Below are positions 33,720 through 44,481 of a stretch of DNA of 64,000 bases, one piece after another (position 1 is the stretch's first letter; every line of letters starts with the position of its first letter). The notes beneath the pieces were generated by a model. The model saw only the letters and a list, made by a program, of their open reading frames with translations, was not told where the DNA came from and ran no database searches. The position numbers and the translations under genes are program-made. This DNA comes from a virus. The stretch covers positions 1-64,000 of the IMG/VR virus record IMGVR_UViG_3300032242_000488, one strand, 5' to 3'.

Positions 33720-36700
33720 ATGTCTGTGATTAGTGCTGACGCATTTAGAAGAATTGTTTTAGTTGATAACCTTGGTACGACCCAACCCGCCTTAAGAGCA
33801 GATGACCGCAGTGACACATTAACAATTCGTGCTGGTCAGGGTATCACTATTCTAAAGGACGAAGGTGACGTAAACGCAGGATTTACCATCTACAATACAG
33901 GCGATCCGGGCCCTACAAGTTTTGACGATATACTAGAAGTTGCAACAATCGGTCAACGTCCGCAACCGCCCGGTGTAAGTTGGAAGGCAGTAGAAGTTGG
34001 TAAGTTAACTGTACAGGATTACTTACCAGATAATATAACAAAAACTACACGTATGGTCTATTCAGGCCACGGGTTACAAGCACCTACTAATACTAATATC
34101 TCCCTAAAGGTTACCGGCAGTGGCATAATCATTGTAGACGGAACTACCGCACTACAGTTACCTATTGGAGATACTGCTAGTCGTCCGGGAACAACAATTG
34201 GAACAGTTCAAGCAGGACAAATCCGCTTTAACTCTGAAATACCAAGATTTGAAGGCTATGATGGTCGTGGATGGAACACACTTGGCGGTGTAAGCTCTAT
34301 CGATGGTGGCACAACTATTGCTCCAGATCCTACATTACCTATATTAAACTTTAATGCTAATGGCTACCTAGTAGCCACAATGAGCAGTTTAAATACAAAA
34401 ATCTTTAGTCCAGGGCTGGTAATCCCAACTGGTACTACTGCTGAACGCCCGCCTGCTCTTGTTGGACAAATTCGTTTCAATACTCAAAATACTCAGTTTG
34501 AAGGATACAATGGCAGTGGTTGGTCAAGTCTAGGCGGTGTTCGAGACATTGCTGGCAATACTTATATTATTCCAGAACTTGGTCCAGGTACACACGAGAA
34601 CACACTATATTTTGTAACCAATGCTAACCTAGCTCTTACCTTAGATGGCAGTAGACTATCACTACAAAACGGTCGTGCTCTTACATTTAGAGAAGGCATT
34701 GCCAGCGGTAATCAAACAGCAACTATTTCTCCGCCTGATAACATTACATCGAGTTATAATCTTAAATTGCCTACTAGTTTAGGACCTGCTGGTAGTGTTC
34801 TAAGTGTAGACGGAACTGGTCAATTGGCATTTGTTAATTCCGATTCAGGCGCGGGCAGTAAGATCAACGTATCAGATATCTATGGCGATGATGGCAATGA
34901 CGGATTTAGTCGTCCGGTTAGAACACTAAAACGTGCGTTACAAATAGCATCCGGTTATGTTTATAGCCCGACATTTATCTATGAAGAAGCAGTATGCCGA
35001 CGTGATGCTGGACTTATTATTGACAGCCTAGGCTGGGATCTAGTTACTGGATCAAACTGGAGATCACAAAAAAGTGGTCTTACATATTATAATGCTACAG
35101 CATCAACTGTGGTTACTAGTCAGAAAGCTCAAACAATACAGGCGGTATCTTTCTTAAAAAGAAAAGTATTAGATCTTACAACAGCCAATCTGACAGCAAC
35201 AACTACTCTTACCAGTCGTGCAAATGAAATCATTGCTATATTAACTAACGGTGTTGGTGCAGCCAGTGCAGTATCGATGCCTACACCAGCAGGAACTGCT
35301 AGCGGCATTTCAAACGCCAAAGACTTGTTGTTGGCCAATAGAGACTTTTTAGTAGCAGAAACTATTGCATGGATCAACTATCAAGCGGCAAACAATATTT
35401 TACCATTTGATAAAAGTATCATCTATGATCAAACCAAATGTCGTAGAGATACCGGATTAATTTTAGATGCTGTTGGATTTGATATTGCTCTAGGCACAAA
35501 CTATAATGCTGTAACTACCGGATTAGCATATCAAAGATATTCTTATGCAACATTACCAGCACAAAAAACAGTAACTCTTTCTGCTATAAATTATGCTAAA
35601 TCAAGTGTACTAGCACTAGCAGGTGTAAGTGCAGACACTACTGCCACAAGTCGTGCGGGTGCGGCATTTAATGAGATCATTGACATAATAACCAATGGGG
35701 TTGTCAATACCTCAACTAGTGCCGATACGCTGATATTCCCAACACCAACTGGAGCAAGTCCAAATAAAACACACGCAAAAGATCAACTAGTAGCTAATAA
35801 GGATTTTCTAAAGGCTGAAATCATTGCCTGGTTAAACTTAAATTATCCATCAGTTGCTGTTGATCCTACATCGTTTAGTAGAGACACTGGCCTTATTATT
35901 GATGCATTATGTTATGATATACTGTACGATGGAAATAGTGCAAGTATTACAGTTGCACAATCATATTTTTTAACTAATGGATCTCAAGTAATTCCTCTAT
36001 ATCAAAGAGCTGCCACTGTTGCTGCCTTTAATAGACTAACTGAAATAGCACAACAAGTTATTATTAAAGATGCCGTTCAAGTTACCGCCGGTAATACTGT
36101 TAGTCAAGACATTAGTAATCTTGCAGGATCATCAACAGAAACAGGTGCTGTTGCTACATTAATTTCATATATTACCAGTTGCATTACAGCCAATACCACT
36201 GCTGGACTACCATCAGTAACATTACCGTCAGTAACATGGGCCGCATCGGCATTACAAACAGCTAAGACTAGTATTGCATCTGCTCGATCGACTATTGTCG
36301 AAGGTACTATCAGTTATATTAATTCTAGTAATCCATTTACTTACAACAGTGACAAGTGTGCTAGAGATACTGCGTTTATTGTTAACTCAGTAACTTACGA
36401 TTTGATCTATGGTGGTAATAGTCAAAGTTTAGATGCTGGATTAAAATACTATAGTAGCGTAACTGGGTTGACGCTGATTGGTTCTCAGAATGTTCAAACC
36501 GCGGCTGCATTAGAAAGACTACGCACAGTATCAATACAGATTGCACAAAATATTGCTGTTACTAAGACATCAGGTAATACGCAAAATCAAGTAACAGGAT
36601 CTGCAGGTAGTAGTGCGGCAGCGGCCATTGTTTCAGCTAGATTATCAGAGATTATTGCTGTAGTAGGAAGTGGAGTAAGTTATGCTCCTGCATTACAAGA

Positions 36701-39700
36701 TCCAACACTTACAATTGATCCGACACTAGGTGCTATTCAAACAACGATTACAAACTCTAAAGATCGTATTGCTGACAACGTTGTTGCCTACACAAGTAAT
36801 TATAAACCAAACGGCAAGAAGATTGTTATACAAGTGTCTGCCGGTAACTATGTTGAAGACAATCCAGTTATTATTCCGGACAACACAACAGTTAAAGGTG
36901 CAAGTCTTCGTGCATGTGATATCCGTCCATTAAACGCTAACCAGGACATGTTCCGTTTACGTAACGGTTCATACTTTGGCGAATTCACATTCCGAGATGC
37001 TGTTGACGATAGAGGTGTTCCAGTATACACATTTGACTACTCTATAGCCTTTGACGATGCTACAGATATCAACACTGATCGTTTAGGCTATATTAACATG
37101 CCGATCAGCAAGCCAATTATCTCAGTATCGCCATATATTCAAAACGTTTCCATCTTATCATTCTTAGGCGGTAATGGTGTTAAGGTCGACGGTAATCTAG
37201 TCGAAACACCTAACATTCCTATTATTAGAGAAACTGCCGAATACCCATTAAGTGGTCCTGCACCTGAACAAGGTAAGTCAATGGTTGCTAACGCATTTAC
37301 CACATTGAGCTTTGGTGGTACAGGTTGGCGTGTTATCAACGATGCGTATGCTCAGATCGTATCGTGCTTCCAGATTTTCATGTTGAACGGTTCGTATGCA
37401 CAGTCAGGTGGATACTTGTCTATTACCAACTCTGCTACCAACTTTGGTGTGTATGCGCTTCGTGCGTCTGGTTACAGTCCAAATGCCTTTGCCTTTGACA
37501 AGGGATATATTGCCAGCACCGGTACTAGCAACAGCAAACAAACACTTACTACCTTAGGATTCGGCCGTCAGCCAACACAAGATTATGTTATCCGAGTTAG
37601 AAGTCCCAACTACAAAATTGCCTATGACTTGTTATTGGCCAGCAAATTGTCAATACAAAATGCAACTATTTCCTGGATCAATTCACATTACCCAAGTTTA
37701 GTCTACAACAATTCAACTTGTTTTAGAGACGTTGGTTTGATTATTGATGCTGTGGCATTCGATACATTTACAGGTGGTAACAGTAGAAGTGTTGAGGCAA
37801 CTACCAGCTACTACAAAGGTTCTACATCAAGTCAAATAGTCATTACGGGGCAGTTAACAGAAACTATTGCGGCTATTAACTATGCTAGGGGACTTGCACT
37901 AACTGCTGTTTCTAATACTGGATTAGGCTCATATGTTGGCACTAAATTTGATATTATCACTGCTGGTCTTGCTGATCCTGCAGGAGTGCCAACATCAGTT
38001 GCGTATAGTAGTGTAGGAGATATAACCAACAGTTATAAACCAGCATCAGTTACCGTGTCATTTGATGCGGCAACTAATGTAAACCCAACACTTGATACTA
38101 TCACCGTTATTGCTCATGGCTTCACTAATGGACAGGGTATTGTCTACAACTCAAATGGCAATACAGACCTTCCTGGATTAAACAATGAGCAGACCTATTA
38201 TGTCAGCTATGTTGATCAAGATAGTTTTAGATTAACATTTGATGATAGCGGTAGTGTTTCAGTAAACATTAGAGCAACAGGTACCGGCACACACGTATTC
38301 TTTAAAAATATTCAAGAATTTTATGTAGATGAAATTTTAGACAGTCACCATACATATCAGCAGTTGACTTTACAAGCAGGATCATACAACTTTGTACCGG
38401 GAAGTTCAATTACTGGTGTCACCGGGACTAGTACTAATAATGCCTTTGTCTACAGCTATGATCCAATCGGATATAAACTAATTATTAGTTTGAACAAAGT
38501 TACTGTAGGCGCTAGTGTTATTCGTAATGCCTTTGCCGCTAATAGTACCATTGACTCGGATAACGGAGCGCCGGCCACTCATAATATTGTAGTCAGCGAT
38601 GTCAGCGCAATCAACAACTTATATTCTGCAACATTCAGTATTCAGGGCACCACTGGCAACGGACAGTTGACCAATTTAAATACCTTAGCCAATAAACAAA
38701 TTTGGTTACATCGTCCTAGTATTGTTAACAGTTCTGGACACACTTGGGAATATGCCGGATCGGGTATTGACTATAATGCCTTGCCACAAAACGGTGGGCA
38801 GAGCATTTACAAGTATGAGCAATATTCAGACTTACCAGGCCGAGTTTACTCTTCAGGTACTAACGAACTAGGCGACTTTAAAGTCGGTGACTTCATTAAA
38901 GCTGAAAACAAAACTGGTAACGTTAGCTTTACCAACAAGGTGTCAGTTGCACAGCTAGATGCCCTACGTCTAGCTGTGGGTAATATTGTTATTGACTTTA
39001 TCAGTGATGACGTTGGCCTAGGCGATAATGAACCAGGTGGTGCAAGTAACAGTCGACTAACTACACAGTTGGCCATACGCACATTCTTGTCAAACAGACT
39101 AGGCGGATTTATTGACAAGGCTGTAAGTACTAACGCTGTTCCGGGTGCGGTTATTCAGCTAAACAGTTCTGGTCAGATTAATCCAGACTTACTACCTGCG
39201 GTACGTGCGTTTAACTCAGCTAAGAGCAAGGGATTCTATAGTCGCTTGTCACTAGTTGAAGAAGTACCTGCATACGATTTCTTAAACGGTGACATTGTAA
39301 CAGAAGAATACTCAACTGTTCAATTGACTCTTAGTGCAAATATTACAGCACTGCAAGGTGCAACAGTTACACAAGCAGTCACAGGAGTCTCTGCCTATTT
39401 GATCAGTGACATTATTGCATCAAATGTTATTACTGTTGCAAGTCCGACTGCTAATTTTAGTGCTAATTTTAATACCGTTAACAACTTGACCATCGCCGGT
39501 AATGCAACTCCGGGTGTTGGCGGTGTTGCTGTCCGTCCTACATTAGTAGGAACTGTTGCTAGCAACGTGCCAGCAAACTATGTTCTATCAAATGCCAACG
39601 AAGGACAGTATTTAAAATTAGTTGCTACAGGCTCTTATAGTTTTACTAACGGTGCCATTATAACTAGTGCCAATGATAATATTCAAGGAACAGTAACTTC

Positions 39701-42700
39701 AACTCGCTATGGTGTAATAGCCACAGTTGACAATGCAAGTATCACTCCAGGAAGTGGATATACTCCATTATCAGGAACTGTAACATATAGTCTAGTTCCA
39801 TTAACAAATATTACCAGCAGTGGTAGCGGTGCTACTGCTGATATCACTGTTACCAACGGTGTAGTTACTAGTGTTGACGTTCGTCGTGGTGGTCTTAGCT
39901 ATGCAGTAGGTGATGTGTTGTCTGCATCAACTCCTAGCTTAGGAGGTACAGGTAGTGGATTCCGTATTCCGGTTACCACTATTGAAAAACGTGTCTATGT
40001 AAGTCTACTAGGTGGCGAGCGTTTTACAGCTACTCTAGCAAGTCCAAACTTTATTGCAGATAACAATGCGCCAGTAAAAGCCATTACTGCTAGTGGTACT
40101 ATTACAAAATCATTTAATGCTCAGTCAACTGGGCTAGGCGGAAACGTTGATTATACCAGTAGTAGAATTACTATTACCACTCACGGGTTTTCAGACGGAG
40201 ATCCAGTTAAGTATGTAAGCAGTCCAAACACTGCCATTGATCCACTAGTTAATGCTACTATCTATTATGCTAAGAGATACGATGCTAATACTATTGAACT
40301 TTACAAAGACTACTCACTAATACAAAAAGTCATATTTACTGGCTCAAGTACTGGTACACATACATTAACTATTTTTAATGTTAACATACTAGACGATTCT
40401 TTCTACTATGCCGGTCATGGGTTAGTCACTGGTGATCCAGTAAGACTTACAGGATCTAGTTTGCCAGTATCAAATGGAACTGCTATTGTAACTGGTACAT
40501 TCTTCTTTGTCGGATCAGTTACTACTAACTCATTTACTATCCATGCCGCACGTAGTGAAGCATTGTCGAGTATTAACGGCTTGTTTACCAACAAGATTCC
40601 ATTAGATACGACAGGTAGTGGAACACTATCATTTACCAAACAAAACGTACAAGTGTACGGAACAACTAATACTAGCTCAACCAATCCAGCTAACTGGAGT
40701 CCGTTGAGTGCTACAACTATTGATGCTTCTAGTATTACTGGTGGTGTTATCTCTACAAGTCGACTAGCAGGTTCAGGTAGTGCTAACAACTCAACATATC
40801 TACGTGGCGATAGTCAATGGCATACTGCTGTTCAAAGTATATTTGAAGATGGAACACCGATCACACTAACTGGTTCATATACTACAACTAATAGTAAAAA
40901 CTACTATTATGGCGATGTACAAATTGACATTGAGAAAGTTGACAATATCAGTGGTGATGATAATTATACCAATTTGGGTGTAGCTAAATTCCGTAAGACA
41001 CAATTTGCTGTAGGAACTAGTATTTCAGCAGGTGAAGTTTATATTAAAGACGGTGTAGTTGATGCTGGCACGCTAGACAGCCTAGACAGTAGCTATTTCT
41101 TAAATCCTGCCAACTTGACCAGTAACGTGCCTGTTACACGTGGTGGTACTAATATAGGCTCATATGGTGTAGGTGACATACTGTACGCTTCTGCTACTAG
41201 TATTTTAAGTAAGGTACCTATTGGTCCTTCTAATACTATTCTAACCAGTGACGGTACAAAACCTAGTTGGCAGTCTAGCCTAACAGTAGATGGTGCGCTG
41301 ACAATTGGCAGTACTGCTGATCAAGCTCTTATTGTTACTACAGGTGGAGCACAAATTGGTGGCAATATATGGATTGGTAAGAACGCATACTTAACAGGTG
41401 ATCTAAATGTCACAGGCAATGTAAACATCAAAGGATCAATTCTAACCATTAACTCAACCACAGTTAACGTCGATGATAAGAACATTGAGTTGGGTAGCGT
41501 ATCGACTATAATGGGTCTAAGCGGAACTATCAGTGGAAATACTGTAGCAGGACTATTAGATACTACTGGATTAGTCAGCGGAATGAAATTGGTTAAAACC
41601 ACAGGTGCTGGAGCATTTGGTGGTGATACAGTTATCAATACTGTTGTCAATCCAACGACAATTACTATAATACCAACAACTACCAACACCAACGGTGTTA
41701 TTACATTTGATGTATTGGCCGCAACCAATGCTACGGCAGACGGTGGTGGCATTACACTAAAAGGTACAACTGACAAGACATTCAATTGGGTCAACTCAAC
41801 TAGTGCTTGGACTAGCTCCGAGCATATGAATCTTGCTTCTAGTAAGGAATATCGAATTGGTAATGTAGCAGTATTAACAAGTACAAAGGTATTAGGAAAA
41901 CTACCAGGTGGAACTTCATCTGGCGATCTAGTTGATATCGATAGCGCACAGACATTAACCAATAAGACTTTAACTAATCCGATAATTAGCGGAACCAACA
42001 CAAGTATTACTAGCATCGGTACATTGGCTATTCGAGATGCTAGTGCGGCCTATGATGTTACTCTAGCAGCCAATAGTTCAACTGCACTGACCGCAGGTCG
42101 CACACTAACATTTGATATGGTCAACGCGGCCAGAACAATCAAGTTGGGCGGCAATTTAACTCTAGCCAATAACTTTACCACTGTCGGTAATGCCATAACG
42201 CTAAATGTCAGCGGAGCAACTAGCGTCACAGTACCAACTACAGGTACACTGGCTACACTAGATGGCGCAGAAACATTTACCAACAAGACACTAACAAGTC
42301 CGGTAATTGGAACTATTGTTAACACTGGTACACTAACACTGCCAACTAGCACAGATACTATTGTTGGTCGTGCTACTACTGATACATTGTCTAATAAGAC
42401 ATTAACATTACCTAAGATCAATAATACTGATGCATCGTTTACCTATAACTTTGCTGTCGGTGCTATTAATGCTAACCGTACAATTACATTACCGGTGCTA
42501 ACAGGTAATGATACATTTGCATTTACCGGCCAAGCTCAAACATTTACCAACAAGACATTTACGGATGCAAGTACCTACTTCCAAGACGAAGGTGACACTA
42601 CTAAGAAGTTACAATTCCAATTAAGCGGAATTACTAGTGGTGTTACTCGTACAATGACTATTCCTGATGTCAACGGAACTATAGTAACAACTGGTGATAC

Positions 42701-44453
42701 CGGATCTATAACAAGTACTATGATTGCTGATGGTACTATTGTTAACGGCGACATCAATGCAAGTGCGGCCATTGCATACAGCAAACTAAGTTTAGGTAAT
42801 AGTATTGTCAATGCTGACGTTAACTCGGCGGCGGCCATTGCATACAGCAAACTAAGTTTAGGTAATAGTATTGTCAATAGTGATGTCAGTACTTCTGCCG
42901 CTATTGCCTATAGCAAATTAAATCTATCAGCAAGTATTGTCAATGCCGATATTAGTGCAACAGCGGCTATCGCAACAAGTAAGATCAGCGGCCTGGCAGC
43001 ATCTGCAACTACTGACACTACTAACGCTGGTAATATTACTAGCGGTACTTTACCAAATGCACGATTAAGTTCTGTTCCAAACTCTGCCCTAGCCTATAGT
43101 AGTGTCACTATTGGGTCAACTCCTATTAGTCTAGGTAGTTCAAGCACTACACTAGCCGGATTGTCTAGTGTAACATCGACTACATTTATTGGAGCATTAA
43201 GTGGCAATGCTACTACAGCAACCAACGGAGTTGTTACTACAGGTAGTTATAGTGACCCAAGTTGGTTAACCATTAGCAAGAGCAAAGTTGGCTTAGGTAA
43301 CGTTGATAATACTGCTGATGCAAACAAATCAGTTAACTATGCAACTAGTGCAGGTAGTGCAGGTAACGCAACTACAGCCGGCGGTTTAGCAGTGGCCACT
43401 GGTCGCAATAATAGTGCTAATCAAATTGTGCGTACAGATGGTAATGGTTATTTACAAACAGGTTACATCAACTCTAGCAACGGTGATGAGGGCAATAATA
43501 GTAGCCCAAGTAGAGTCTGGGGTACAAATGGTAGTGATAGTTATCTACGTACATACTTAACTAGTGCGCTAAGTGTTAGCTATGCGGCATCTGCTGGTGC
43601 AGTAGCATGGAGTAGTGTAAGTGGCAAACCAACCACAGTCAGTGGTTTTGGAATTACTGATGCAATTACTACAAGCAATATTGGTTCGCAATCAGTTAAC
43701 TATGCTACTAGTGCAGGCAGTGTAAGCGGTACTGTGGCTCGTGCAACCCTAGCAGATAATGCAACCAATGCGACTAGCGCAAATAACGCAACCTATGCAC
43801 GTTATGTTTATGACAACGGCACCTACAGCGGCGGTGCCGCTTATAGAGAACCATCTGGTATGTATGTTGCCTATGCGGCATCAGCAGGTAGTGCTCCGGC
43901 TAGTGACGTCTACTCTTGGGCTAAACAACCTAACCCACCTGCGTCAGGTACTGCAACCTATGTAGGTGCTAGTGGATATAGTGCTGTGTCAGGAACAGTT
44001 ACCTTAGCAGGCAGTGGTGGAACTAGTGTTACACAAAGTGGTAACACCATTTATATTTCATCCAATACTACTGCGGTATACGCGGCTGACTTGGCTGAAA
44101 ATTATCAAGCAGATGCAGTCTATGAACCCGGAACTGTGCTAATGTTTGGTGGAGAGTTTGAAGTAACTCTAGCAGACGAAGATACTATTCGAGTTGCTGG
44201 TATTGTTTCCACAGACCCTGCTTACTTGATGAACATTGGATTAGAAGGTGATCGTGTTGTTGCTCTTGCGCTGACTGGTCGTGTACCATGTAAGGTTAAA
44301 GGCAAGATCCGCAAGGGCGATATGTTAGTTTCCGCTGGCGGCGGATATGCCCGTGCTACTGATAACCCAAAACTAGGCGCAATCATTGGAAAAGCACTAG
44401 AAGACTTCGACGGCGAAGAAGGTGTTATCGAAGTAGTAGTAGGAAGAATTTAA
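33720..44453 (+). CDS. giant virion structural protein (tail fibre-like, 3577 aa)
   Basis: T/S/G-rich, GQIRFN...FEGY repeats, CxRDxG repeats, C-terminal ADLAENY...GRVP domain; TAAATA at 33694. Confidence 0.8.
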   Translation: MSVISADAFRRIVLVDNLGTTQPALRADDRSDTLTIRAGQGITILKDEGDVNAGFTIYNTGDPGPTSFDDILEVATIGQRPQPPGVSWKAVEVGKLTVQDYLPDNITKTTRMVYSGHGLQAPTNTNISLKVTGSGIIIVDGTTALQLPIGDTASRPGTTIGTVQAGQIRFNSEIPRFEGYDGRGWNTLGGVSSIDGGTTIAPDPTLPILNFNANGYLVATMSSLNTKIFSPGLVIPTGTTAERPPALVGQIRFNTQNTQFEGYNGSGWSSLGGVRDIAGNTYIIPELGPGTHENTLYFVTNANLALTLDGSRLSLQNGRALTFREGIASGNQTATISPPDNITSSYNLKLPTSLGPAGSVLSVDGTGQLAFVNSDSGAGSKINVSDIYGDDGNDGFSRPVRTLKRALQIASGYVYSPTFIYEEAVCRRDAGLIIDSLGWDLVTGSNWRSQKSGLTYYNATASTVVTSQKAQTIQAVSFLKRKVLDLTTANLTATTTLTSRANEIIAILTNGVGAASAVSMPTPAGTASGISNAKDLLLANRDFLVAETIAWINYQAANNILPFDKSIIYDQTKCRRDTGLILDAVGFDIALGTNYNAVTTGLAYQRYSYATLPAQKTVTLSAINYAKSSVLALAGVSADTTATSRAGAAFNEIIDIITNGVVNTSTSADTLIFPTPTGASPNKTHAKDQLVANKDFLKAEIIAWLNLNYPSVAVDPTSFSRDTGLIIDALCYDILYDGNSASITVAQSYFLTNGSQVIPLYQRAATVAAFNRLTEIAQQVIIKDAVQVTAGNTVSQDISNLAGSSTETGAVATLISYITSCITANTTAGLPSVTLPSVTWAASALQTAKTSIASARSTIVEGTISYINSSNPFTYNSDKCARDTAFIVNSVTYDLIYGGNSQSLDAGLKYYSSVTGLTLIGSQNVQTAAALERLRTVSIQIAQNIAVTKTSGNTQNQVTGSAGSSAAAAIVSARLSEIIAVVGSGVSYAPALQDPTLTIDPTLGAIQTTITNSKDRIADNVVAYTSNYKPNGKKIVIQVSAGNYVEDNPVIIPDNTTVKGASLRACDIRPLNANQDMFRLRNGSYFGEFTFRDAVDDRGVPVYTFDYSIAFDDATDINTDRLGYINMPISKPIISVSPYIQNVSILSFLGGNGVKVDGNLVETPNIPIIRETAEYPLSGPAPEQGKSMVANAFTTLSFGGTGWRVINDAYAQIVSCFQIFMLNGSYAQSGGYLSITNSATNFGVYALRASGYSPNAFAFDKGYIASTGTSNSKQTLTTLGFGRQPTQDYVIRVRSPNYKIAYDLLLASKLSIQNATISWINSHYPSLVYNNSTCFRDVGLIIDAVAFDTFTGGNSRSVEATTSYYKGSTSSQIVITGQLTETIAAINYARGLALTAVSNTGLGSYVGTKFDIITAGLADPAGVPTSVAYSSVGDITNSYKPASVTVSFDAATNVNPTLDTITVIAHGFTNGQGIVYNSNGNTDLPGLNNEQTYYVSYVDQDSFRLTFDDSGSVSVNIRATGTGTHVFFKNIQEFYVDEILDSHHTYQQLTLQAGSYNFVPGSSITGVTGTSTNNAFVYSYDPIGYKLIISLNKVTVGASVIRNAFAANSTIDSDNGAPATHNIVVSDVSAINNLYSATFSIQGTTGNGQLTNLNTLANKQIWLHRPSIVNSSGHTWEYAGSGIDYNALPQNGGQSIYKYEQYSDLPGRVYSSGTNELGDFKVGDFIKAENKTGNVSFTNKVSVAQLDALRLAVGNIVIDFISDDVGLGDNEPGGASNSRLTTQLAIRTFLSNRLGGFIDKAVSTNAVPGAVIQLNSSGQINPDLLPAVRAFNSAKSKGFYSRLSLVEEVPAYDFLNGDIVTEEYSTVQLTLSANITALQGATVTQAVTGVSAYLISDIIASNVITVASPTANFSANFNTVNNLTIAGNATPGVGGVAVRPTLVGTVASNVPANYVLSNANEGQYLKLVATGSYSFTNGAIITSANDNIQGTVTSTRYGVIATVDNASITPGSGYTPLSGTVTYSLVPLTNITSSGSGATADITVTNGVVTSVDVRRGGLSYAVGDVLSASTPSLGGTGSGFRIPVTTIEKRVYVSLLGGERFTATLASPNFIADNNAPVKAITASGTITKSFNAQSTGLGGNVDYTSSRITITTHGFSDGDPVKYVSSPNTAIDPLVNATIYYAKRYDANTIELYKDYSLIQKVIFTGSSTGTHTLTIFNVNILDDSFYYAGHGLVTGDPVRLTGSSLPVSNGTAIVTGTFFFVGSVTTNSFTIHAARSEALSSINGLFTNKIPLDTTGSGTLSFTKQNVQVYGTTNTSSTNPANWSPLSATTIDASSITGGVISTSRLAGSGSANNSTYLRGDSQWHTAVQSIFEDGTPITLTGSYTTTNSKNYYYGDVQIDIEKVDNISGDDNYTNLGVAKFRKTQFAVGTSISAGEVYIKDGVVDAGTLDSLDSSYFLNPANLTSNVPVTRGGTNIGSYGVGDILYASATSILSKVPIGPSNTILTSDGTKPSWQSSLTVDGALTIGSTADQALIVTTGGAQIGGNIWIGKNAYLTGDLNVTGNVNIKGSILTINSTTVNVDDKNIELGSVSTIMGLSGTISGNTVAGLLDTTGLVSGMKLVKTTGAGAFGGDTVINTVVNPTTITIIPTTTNTNGVITFDVLAATNATADGGGITLKGTTDKTFNWVNSTSAWTSSEHMNLASSKEYRIGNVAVLTSTKVLGKLPGGTSSGDLVDIDSAQTLTNKTLTNPIISGTNTSITSIGTLAIRDASAAYDVTLAANSSTALTAGRTLTFDMVNAARTIKLGGNLTLANNFTTVGNAITLNVSGATSVTVPTTGTLATLDGAETFTNKTLTSPVIGTIVNTGTLTLPTSTDTIVGRATTDTLSNKTLTLPKINNTDASFTYNFAVGAINANRTITLPVLTGNDTFAFTGQAQTFTNKTFTDASTYFQDEGDTTKKLQFQLSGITSGVTRTMTIPDVNGTIVTTGDTGSITSTMIADGTIVNGDINASAAIAYSKLSLGNSIVNADVNSAAAIAYSKLSLGNSIVNSDVSTSAAIAYSKLNLSASIVNADISATAAIATSKISGLAASATTDTTNAGNITSGTLPNARLSSVPNSALAYSSVTIGSTPISLGSSSTTLAGLSSVTSTTFIGALSGNATTATNGVVTTGSYSDPSWLTISKSKVGLGNVDNTADANKSVNYATSAGSAGNATTAGGLAVATGRNNSANQIVRTDGNGYLQTGYINSSNGDEGNNSSPSRVWGTNGSDSYLRTYLTSALSVSYAASAGAVAWSSVSGKPTTVSGFGITDAITTSNIGSQSVNYATSAGSVSGTVARATLADNATNATSANNATYARYVYDNGTYSGGAAYREPSGMYVAYAASAGSAPASDVYSWAKQPNPPASGTATYVGASGYSAVSGTVTLAGSGGTSVTQSGNTIYISSNTTAVYAADLAENYQADAVYEPGTVLMFGGEFEVTLADEDTIRVAGIVSTDPAYLMNIGLEGDRVVALALTGRVPCKVKGKIRKGDMLVSAGGGYARATDNPKLGAIIGKALEDFDGEEGVIEVVVGRI
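42765..42878 (+). repeat. 66-bp-period tandem coding repeat
   Basis: GCGGCCATTGCATACAGCAAACTAAGTTTAGGTAATAGTATTGTCAAT occurs twice; further degenerate IVNxD...AAIAxSK units follow. Confidence 0.8.
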
Positions 44454-44481
44454 ACGATAAATATTCTAAAGAGAACTGATT